A stretch of DNA of 63,405 nucleotides, counting the filler, from Lenisia limosa (Eukaryota > Protista > Breviatea), in assembly GCA_001655205.1 (NCBI GenBank). It is 8 parts of 8 records of this genome, joined end to end, with 100 filler letters (N's around TTAATTAATTAA, not from the genome) between each part and the next. Parts side by side here need not be neighbours in the genome. Positions count along the whole stretch, not along the records: positions 54,642 to 62,032 come from LPNZ01009247.1; positions 62,133 to 63,405 come from LPNZ01011505.1; 6 more parts are not named here. One strand, given 5' to 3'. This document shows, one piece after another, positions 54,732 to 63,405 of the stretch. The stretch's first letter is position 1. Each line of letters starts with the position of its first letter. The notes under the pieces were generated by a model, which saw only the letters and a list, made by a program, of their open reading frames with translations, was not told the DNA's origin and did not search any database. The translations under genes were made by a program, and so were the position numbers.

Positions 54732-54840
54732 TATAGCAATGAAAATAAAAAATAAGGATGTAATCTGACCGAAGCCGTACACACCATCACGCTTATAAGA
54801 GATATTGGATTATCGTATAAGTACATATACCCCTCCCACA
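54732..54840 (+). repeat. Dispersed repeat family C
   Basis: TATAGCAATGAAAATAAAAAATAAGGATGTAATCTGACCGAAGCC...CACCATCACGCTTAT...ATATTGGATT; close copy at 56771-56874, fragments elsewhere. Confidence 0.8.
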
Positions 54841-54865
54841 CACACTCAATATAATATTATGTGAT

Positions 54866-54955
54866 ATGGCTTCACTTCGGTTTTAAAAAAAATGAATTTC
54901 CCGATGAATCCTTGATAAATATCGATATTTCATGTCTTTTTCGAACCAAAGTGAG
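54866..54955. mobile_element. MITE family A, degenerate copy
   Basis: GGCTTCACTTCGGTT...GATAAATATCGATATTT...GTCTTTTTCGAACCAAAGTGA. Confidence 0.6.
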
Positions 54956-54959
54956 TATC

Positions 54960-57900
54960 CTACATACGGGAGGCAGTTCGCATTTCTGGAAAGCTTCATT
55001 GATATACGAGAACTCATGGGGGTCCAGAGCACGGAATTCCGCCATAGCATCACCGAGGGTCAACGGAGGCGGCCAAATTGCCCCGGGTAATAAGGATTGG
55101 AGCTGGAAGGGGGAGTAAAATTTATAAATAAGAGCCAAAAATCAATTTTGTTGGCTCACAATACACGAGGGTTGATAACAACANNNNNNNNNNNNNNNNN
55201 NNNNNNNNNNNNNNNNNNNNNNNNNNNNNNNNNNNNNNNNNNNNNNGTTAACGTACAATGGGCAGGGCTTACCGACGGTCTTAAAAAGGCCTTATTTCTC
55301 GATAAATCTTCGATAAATATCGATATTTTACTGGTCTTTTTCGGACCATAGGGAAGCCCAAGCAAAGGATACAAATAGTACTTTAATTTTGAACGAATGA
55401 AAAGCCTACACTTTCAAATGACGCATTGGGGTCCGCCATACTCCGAACCTTAATGATGTAATTGTGGAAATAGATATAGTGACTGGGATAAGTCTTGACC
55501 GATTTGTTTTGTAGTTTTATATCATATGATATATTAGCTATATGGTCAAATGAGAGAAATGTCAGCAGGGTTGATGTTTATATGTAAAGCCAACAAGATT
55601 AACCCCCTCTCTCCGCCACCAATCATGCAAAAAAAGCGTGTACTCTATCGCAATATGATGTATACATCTACTATATATGACGATGACAATGACCCTCTCA
55701 TGTACAAATACACCCTTTTTAGACCCCCCTATCCCCCTCCCTCTATTTCCCCTCACCAAATCAGAATGCGGTTTGCCCGCGAGGCTCATTAAACAGGATA
55801 TGAGGGAAGCAATAACCCTTTCGTGCATCGGGCTGTTCTCGTCCAATGCCTGTGGAGTTAGGATTTATGAAACTGTACGGCTTCCGTACGGTCTGAAAAA
55901 GACCGTTTAAAATATTGATATTTAAAGTGGGTTTATAGAGATACTCGGTCTTTTGGGGTGCGTGAAAAGACTTATTGGAGGAACACACACATGAAAACTG
56001 AAATCCAAATTAAGCCGAAGGTTCCACACTCTGGACCCCCCCAAAAACTCCCCTTGAGTTTGACACACACGGAGACGTCGCTGATATATCTGGCTCGGAT
56101 TTTGTCAACTTTCACGCAATTTTCACCAAATTAAAAATCTCAAAAATGCTGAAAAAGTCTCGAACAGTTAAAAATAATTTTCAACGAAACTTAAAAATAT
56201 TGAAATATCCACAAAATTTCAAGGATTTGTCATGGTGACATGGCAGTTCTCAGTGANNNNNNNNNNNNNNNNNNNNNNNNNNNNNNNNNNNNNNNNNNNN
56301 NNNNNNNNNNNNNNNNNNNNNNNNNNNNNNNNNNNNNNNNNNNNNNNNNNNNNNNNNNNNNNNNNNNNNNNNNNNNNNNNNNNNNNNNNNNNNNNNNNNN
56401 NNNNNNNNNNNNNNNNNTTTCTGCGGGAACTCCAGGAACAAAAGAACCTGTGAAAGCGTTAGGTCCTCGGGTATATGAGTGGAGCACTTTTGATACTTTG
56501 GAAAAAATGAACGTTTTTACAATGACCACATCTTCAAAACTCTTCCATTCCTTTATACCACGAGTTGAGCGTCACTCAATTCCTAAGTAAAGAGAAAAAT
56601 ATCAGTTTTCGCGAGAAATTCAGTCTTTTTTCGTCTATATTATAAATATATATATCGATATATTATATGTATATATTTATGAGATACATATGCAATAGTA
56701 TATGCTATGTATTACATGTATTATACATGACTAGAGTATAATATACTATTTGTACGTAAATATATAAATATATAGCAATGAGAAATAAAAACAATAAGGA
56801 TGTATCTGGCCGAAGCCATCCACACCATCACGCTTATCAGATATATTGGATTAGCTATGCCTGCCTCCCAGCATACGATATATTATGTACACTGGGATAA
56901 GGCTTGAGCAAAATTGTATTATGATTGCCCAATTAAAAACTGTCAAGACAAACATGTAATATATCTCCAGGCCGCTGTCTATATTTATATATATATATAT
57001 CATACATTATAAAGATACATGCATGTCCACACCAAGGGTTTCCCAACAGTCCGAAAAAGCCTGGTAAAATAGTGATGTTATCGAGGAAATTTTCAGTCTT
57101 TTTTGGGACAGTAGGGAAGCCCTACTTACACCACAAATAGAATCCAAAATTTCAAAAACTTTACCCAAAATCTTGATTAATCATCTAGTACCACCACTTA
57201 CCATAAACGGAACTCTTCGACACAAAAGGAAGTTCCTGAATTCTTGTGGCTCGGATTGTTTGTTGAGTTTGAGGAAAAGGTCTGCGNNNNNNNNNNGCAG
57301 CACCGCACTCCATCACCAGTGTATGTAAACATACGAAATGTTAGGAAACAAAACCAAAATAAACTCCAGGGATATTGAGGAAAAGTTACGTATGGGAACT
57401 ACTAAAATATCTCCCTCATCAAGGCGCTTTATTTCCTCCACTCACGATCAGAAAATGTGATTCACAAAAAAAAAAAAGAAAAAANNNNNNNNNNNNNNNN
57501 NNNNNNNNNNNNNNNNNNNNNNNNNNNNNNNNNNNNNNNNNNNNNNNNNNNNNNNNNNNNNNNNNNNNNNNNNNNNNNNNNNNNNNNAAAAATGCTAGAA
57601 TTGCCATTTTTCGGATGGCAATATTCAGCAAATGAAATAAAACAGGCTGTACCTGGCCGAAACGTCAACACCATCACACACCAATCATTTGGTAATACCA
57701 AGTCAATACGCAGTAGTGTAGCTAACCTCCCCTCTCACCAGACCNNNNNNNNNNNNNNNNNNNNNNNNNNNNNNNNNNNNNNNNNNNNNNNNNNNNNNNN
57801 NNNNNNNNNNNNNNNNNNNNNNNNNNGAGGTATCGAAGAGAGGCGCTGAGGACATGAGCGTGATGAGATGAGGGTGCGGAGTGTTTCCGTTGCTGATGTC

Positions 57901-58430
57901 GCCATTGTACGGGATGGGCGAGGAGATAACGGCGTTTAGTAGGGAAAGGAACTGCGTTCGTTCCTCGAGTTTGTTCGGGATTTTCATTTTCCCCGCCTTT
58001 CTGGCTGTGAATGCTCTACACAAGCTGTATACAGATCTCAGAAGGGAGGAAGAGGGAAAGGGAGGACACAACTGACCATGCAACTGACAACACAAATGAA
58101 AGCCTGACCAGATCAGATGATCCCGATATTATAACGCCCCAATGCCTGATGCCGCCACCTCATCTCCCAACATAATTTCATTTGATAATTTAACAAGTAC
58201 ATACGCAGTATCGAAGCGGTAGAATAATAGCAACTAGCTCCTACAAACTGACAACAAACAAACTGCTTTCTTTCTTCTTTAGCTTCTCCTTTCTCCAATA
58301 CTATCACTATCACGTGTCTGTCACGACTGACAACTCAGACTTCCAGGAAGATGTTGTGAAGCCAGGAGAAATTATGAAGAAAGAAGTATGGACTAAATCC
58401 GAAGAAGTTGTCAACGACATCATGGTTGGG
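54960..58430 (-). CDS. Hypothetical multi-exon protein with repeat-filled introns; boundaries approximate
   Basis: Open helical-looking exons: KLEERTQFLSLLNAVISS; DLFLKLNKQSEPQEFRNFLCVEEFRLW; SPMHERVIASLISCLMSLAG; TLGDAMAEFRALDPHEFSYINEAFQKCELP. Confidence 0.35.
55263..55360. mobile_element. MITE family A copy
   Basis: CAGGGCTTACCGACGGTC...TAAATATCGATATTTTACTGGTCTTTTTCGGACCATAGGGAAGCCC. Confidence 0.75.
55477..55506. mobile_element. MITE family B half copy
   Basis: TAGTGACTGGGATAAGTCTTGACCGATTTG. Confidence 0.6.
55877..55972. mobile_element. MITE family A, degenerate copy
   Basis: GGCTTCCGTACGGTCTGAAAAAGACC...GGTCTTTTGGGG. Confidence 0.5.
56771..56874 (+). repeat. Dispersed repeat family C
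   Basis: TATAGCAATGAGAAATAAAAACAATAAGGATGTATCTGGCCGAAGCC...ATATTGGATTAG...TGCCTCCCAGCAT. Confidence 0.8.
57034..57124. mobile_element. MITE family A copy
   Basis: AGGGTTTCCCAACAGTCCGAAAAAG...CAGTCTTTTTTGGGACAGTAGGGAAGCCCTA; flanks share only ACACC. Confidence 0.72.
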
Positions 58431-59310
58431 GTTGGTGTTTTGGTGTTGGTGTGATTGTTATGTTTGATGTGCGTGTGCAAGGCAGGACTTGGGCGGGCAA
58501 GGGCGGGAGCCGCCTTGCGGAAGTAATCATCCAAAAATGTGTTTCTAATCAAAAATGAGTTTCCAATAGGTCAATAATGAAACCTCATTGAGAGGGTTAC
58601 AAATTATATTTCCTTAATTAGAAAGTTATATGTGTATGTTTCAATATACTAAACTTCAACCACACTGAAACATCCATTTGTTTTGGCCAATTAAAGGGGA
58701 GACAATAGACGGGTTATTAACAAAATGACCCTATTTAGAAGCTGTAGTATCCAACAGTGAGTATTTAAATAAACTATAATGAAGAACATATCGAAATATA
58801 AGTGACCTTGAGCAGCAGAATGTATGAGAACAAAAAATGGAATCCTCCCATCACCACCCCATCTCATTGACCCAACATATCCTCCTCCCTAATATTTGGC
58901 AAAGTAATATAGATGGGTAAATAATTATTTGTCAAGGAGCATGAATGGACTACTGCCCCAGTCACCCACCAAGCTATTTTTAGCGCTGATATCTGCACCA
59001 ATAAAAAAATGAGTTTCCAATAAAAAAAAAAGAGATTTCAAATAATAGTGTGATATTGTATGAGAACCTCATTCTCGCTGAGAAAAATTGTCACCATTTT
59101 CGAGAGTTTTCTCCGCTCTTAGTACCATTTCCTGATTTCTTCATCTTCAGATAGGAGTAAACATTTTGACATAAAATAACAGCAAATACACAACAACATT
59201 CACAAAATGTTTTCAAGATTTGGTTTTCTGTTCCATATTTTATAATTGTGATATAAACCACCATACGTGCACAAATTACTTTTTCCATTTGATATCTTCA
59301 TGAATCAATA

Positions 59311-61938
59311 ATGTTTACCGTTAACAGCGGCAAATATGACACAGATTTGTGTTTTCGCTCAATGTCCCAGGATCAACTCAGGATACCTTTCAAAGTCAAT
59401 GTAGCCAGTCCAACTGCTGGTGCTTTTTCTTCAGGACCAAATACAAAGTTTGGACTACCTTATTATTGTTCAGTGCCATTTGATATAATATCTAAAGTGA
59501 TATTTATACACTGTTATGGATAGGAACCTTTATTATCACAATTAGAACCTTCCACCACCTGTGTAATATTGCTGTATTTTGTATCACTACCAAGTATAAA
59601 TGATTTACAGTACAGGAAAGAAATGTCTCCTATTCAGGTAAAGCAAGTCCAGTTGACATGGGAATATTCGAGACGAGCACCAAAACGGATGATGGTATGA
59701 AGAAGAAAGATCTCTGATTTGACGATTCCAGGAGAAATATCATCGACTGGGGTTTGTATTGGCAGTTCTGGCTTCAAGAATAAAGTAAATTCAATCCTCC
59801 ACTTTGTCTTATATTGTGCTTATCATTTCAGGTTACTGTTCGAGGCGGTGTTGGAATTGAATCAGAAGTGGCTCGCTATGAAACTCACACCGAAAACACT
59901 AAAACATTTACGAGAACTCAAAATGAGTCTGCTTCTGTTTATGTACGTTTGAACGACAGAGGATTCAGTTCTAAGGTACCAGGCCAAAATCTTTCCAGAA
60001 CTCAGATTGAGCATGTAAGTAGGTTATGATGCATTATATTCTCATTTGATACTGTATTTGACTATATTTAGGTTCAACCACAGGATGGCAAACAGTATAT
60101 TGATTCAGTAGGTTTATCTTATTCTGTCACATGTTAATATGAAAATACATTCACCAACCTAATTGTTTTTTAGGTTTCATACCATGACGGCAATGGCTGT
60201 TCTACCACAGATCGCACGCGTACCATTGACAATCATACTGTCGTTATTGGCAACGGGCTCGACGAAGGTCGGAACATTATCACCTCTGAAGTTGGAACAT
60301 TTACAAGGTGAACAAGGGTAAATTGTCGTGGTTTCGCTTGTTCACAATCACCTAATATTTCAAGAATTTGCAATGTTGAAGGCATTGGACGAACGACAGA
60401 AAATGGAAACTATCTAAAACAATATTCTGGAGAGATTCGTGATGGATGTATGGAAGGTTTTTTTGTGTTTTTGTTTGTGCATACTTTTTTCCAAATCCAA
60501 AACTGTTTGATCATACCTATATTCTATTACAAGATAATCTATTTCATGTATTCTTTATTGCACTCAATTCTCTCCATTATTTTTTTTCTATTTTCAAGTC
60601 ACTTTCAGATAAAAACAAGGAAAACACAGAGAGAACTGAAAAGGTTTGTGGATATAATTGGATATACATACTGGTTATCAAAATGCTTCAAACATTGCAT
60701 TTAACTGGGAAATGTTGTTATGCTCACAATACCTATTTTAATGTCAATGTAGATTCTTGAAAAAACTATCGAACCACAGAAAGTGACTCTCGATTCTGAA
60801 AAGGTACCACTAATATAATAATGGATTAACTCTCAAGGAACAACTCTTCGCATTGAACGTTGTTTCCAACACAAAAACGGCCTGCCTTGACATATATGTA
60901 AGTAACAAAAGTATTATGAATTGAGAAACTTCAATTACTGGAGACCCGACACATTGATGTTTTAGAAGGATACCTCAAAAGAAAGCGGGGTATTTGTCGA
61001 TAAAACGACGGTATGTAAGGAGCACATTCTTTTTTAGAAAAGTATTGAGAATTGTAATTATTCTTCATTCAGTAGTTATATTACTAGGAAACATATTGCG
61101 ACTCCAATGGTACAGTACTCCAGACAAAAGAAGCCTTCGAAATGTCTCCCAATTTAAAAAATGTTGGAAACCGTTTACATTCTGTAACCTTATCATATTT
61201 TACATGCCATTTGATTATTGCCATATATAATGGCCGTTGATTTTTGACTTCTAAATTGACTTTAAGTGACATATCTTAATATCTAGGCTCTTTTTGAAGC
61301 GTCAATTGCAATGATTGCATCCTCGGTAGGTATAATAAGGAGTTTTCCAGGATTTCTTGGAAACGATAACCAATATTGACACTGCGTTTCTATATCATCA
61401 TAACTGTTATTACATGGTGTGTTTTTCATCCCTTTAGATGGACGGAGATATAAATCTCACTGCAATTGTGACAGGTGCATCAGTCGCAGGTAAATTTATA
61501 ATACAATTCATATTATAGCTATTAGAAAATTTGTGATATTAGTGGTAGTAATAATATGAATTTAAATTGCATGTGCACATATGATATGGTATTTCATTGA
61601 CAATAAATGGATGTGTTTGCAATAATGGAAGGTATGTTGTTGTCAAATAAATTACGGTTTGAATTTTTTCAATCATAGTCATCTTTATTTATTGGTGTGA
61701 CATGTATTAAACTTGAGCTATATTTATATTCCCTTTATTCAACATTTCAATGATTTAGGAATGACATTGTTGACGTCAAAAGTTGTAGATGCAATGCCAC
61801 AAACATTACAACAGATACCAGGTTTGAAACTCTACGGACCATTCCATTCTCACGAATAATAAATATTTTAATTATTCAGGAATCGGTAGCATTACGCGGG
61901 ACTCAATTGGATCTGTCATTGATATAATAAATGTATGA
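59311..61938 (+). CDS. Hypothetical multi-exon protein; start uncertain
   Basis: Series of short GT-AG exons (VTVRGGVGIESEVARYETHTENTKTFTRTQNESASVY; DNHTVVIGNGLDEG; LTAIVTGASVAG; GSITRDSIGSVIDIINV*). Confidence 0.5.
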
Positions 61939-62032
61939 AGGAAACATAAGGGTGTTTATATAGTATATGATATAGTATGTGTAACTACATACTATATCAT
62001 ACATATCGAACTGTATCTAAGTTTTTGGCCTT

Positions 62033-62132
62033 NNNNNNNNNNNNNNNNNNNNNNNNNNNNNNNNNNNNNNNNNNNNTTAATTAATTAANNNNNNNNNNNN
62101 NNNNNNNNNNNNNNNNNNNNNNNNNNNNNNNN
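62033..62132. other. Artificial contig linker
   Basis: 44 N + TTAATTAATTAA + 44 N. Confidence 0.97.
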
Positions 62133-62139
62133 TATGCTT

Positions 62140-63120
62140 TTCCCCACTCACCACGGCCACGGGGAGGAACACATTATAGTCGCCTTCGTAGCACTTAATG
62201 TCAGGAACCGCATCCAACACCATCGTGTCGTCTGGTTGCTGGGGGGTTAAGATGATAGTAAGGGAAATGTCTAAAGAGTTAACAGGGGGATTAGTGGACC
62301 CATCTTAGTTAATACTCATGTTAGATTTGCCAATAATACATCTATGAAATCAAGATTTACCGAAATATTCTCAATATCATCACATCACCACCTTGTCTAT
62401 TTTTAGATTTTTTACAAATCTCTTTTAATATACTACATGTATGTGCATCATCATCACTACATTGGTATCCCTTGTATTTGTTTCCCTAGACTTCTAATGT
62501 ATATTATTTCTCTTGTTTCAAAAAAACTGCCTACAATGGTACAGTCGAAGTACTCCAAGACCGTTCGGGCCAAAGGCAGGTAGAAGAGAATGTTGATATT
62601 CTTTGGGGTGAGTGTGTTTGGGAGGGGAATATAGTTGTTGATGTATGAATGTATTAATATTGCTATCGAGAGGGGTGGTGGTATAGAAGGGTTAGAGGAG
62701 AATATTGATATTCTGGGAGTAAAATTGGAAAATATATGAAACNNNNNNNNNNNNNNNNNNNNNNNNNNNNNNNNNNNNNNNNNNNNNNNNNNNNNNNNNN
62801 NNNNNNNNNNNNNNNNNNNNNNNNNNNNNNNNNNNNNNNNNNNNNNNNNNNNNNNAAGGGGTAGAAAAGTGTTTAGTTGATATGTACATTGTACTTAGTA
62901 AATGTAGTATGTAGAAAAGATGTTTATTGTTTGGGGAAGTTGATAGCAGAAGAGACCAATATTACCAGTCGAAATTTCCTTTGCTTAATCACCTTCTCCC
63001 CGTACCGCCAGTGTTCTGAGAAGGGCATAGCCAAGGTGGGTCACGTCATCCTCGGTAAATGGCGTAGCAATACGCCACTTTGCGCGTCCCAGCGCGGACA
63101 TCGAGGGGTTTGGTGGATCC
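62140..63120 (-). CDS. Fragment of a multi-pass membrane protein
   Basis: ILFYLPLARTVLEYFDC followed by WCWMPVPDIKCYEGDYNVFLPVAV resembles the TM-Cys-loop-'I.CY' pattern of protist large surface proteins with C-terminal multi-TM domains. Confidence 0.45.
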
Positions 63121-63405
63121 CTGCGGGGGGGGGGGGTAAAATTGGAAAGCCAAATTAACTCTGTTGCCTGACAACACACGAAGGATGACAACAACAACAA
63201 AGCCCAGGCCAGTCGCTTCTGAAGGGGAAAAAATAATATGTGTGTGTGAGTAAAAATAGAAATTAATGAAGGGAAAGGAGAGGTGAAAATTTAACAAACA
63301 AAAGACCCCTGCCTAGGCATTCTAAAGCATCTAATCTCCCCACACCCAATAACATCTCCCCACACCCAATAACATTGTTTTTTCAAAAATATTTCGATTA
63401 CTACC

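Overview
This is eukaryotic draft genomic DNA, not a single locus. Seven 100-bp artificial linkers (44 N + TTAATTAATTAA + 44 N) join eight separate contigs, so adjacency across a linker means nothing. Other N-runs are assembly gaps, mostly next to G/C/T homopolymers. Genes are intron-rich (mainly short GT-AG introns) and closely packed, often as divergent pairs. Recognisable after manual splicing: an RCC1-like repeat protein, a CinA-like/HxGH nucleotidyltransferase, Prp31, the Golgi SNARE Gos1, a canonical Ras, pyruvate phosphate dikinase, the URB1/Npa1 C-terminus, a degenerate hybrid histidine kinase, a KA1-domain kinase tail, a membrane protein with a bacterial-type solute-binding ectodomain, a DENN protein, a rhodanese, PP2C, DDX52/Rok1 and a TTBK-like CK1 kinase, plus several hypothetical genes. 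Ras type, PPDK and promoter motifs suggest an anaerobic amoebozoan (Archamoebae, e.g. Pelomyxa-like); this is inference only. The most striking unexplained structure is in the introns: (1) a shared ~55-65 nt module ending at the 3' splice AG in unrelated genes (introner-like); (2) G-runs after donors and C-runs before acceptors; (3) a ~100-bp hAT-type MITE with perfect 8-bp TSDs; (4) a TA-flanked Tc1/mariner-type MITE; (5) a further dispersed non-TIR repeat. I saw no rRNA, tRNA or CRISPR array. Exon boundaries and some starts were placed by eye and are approximate.
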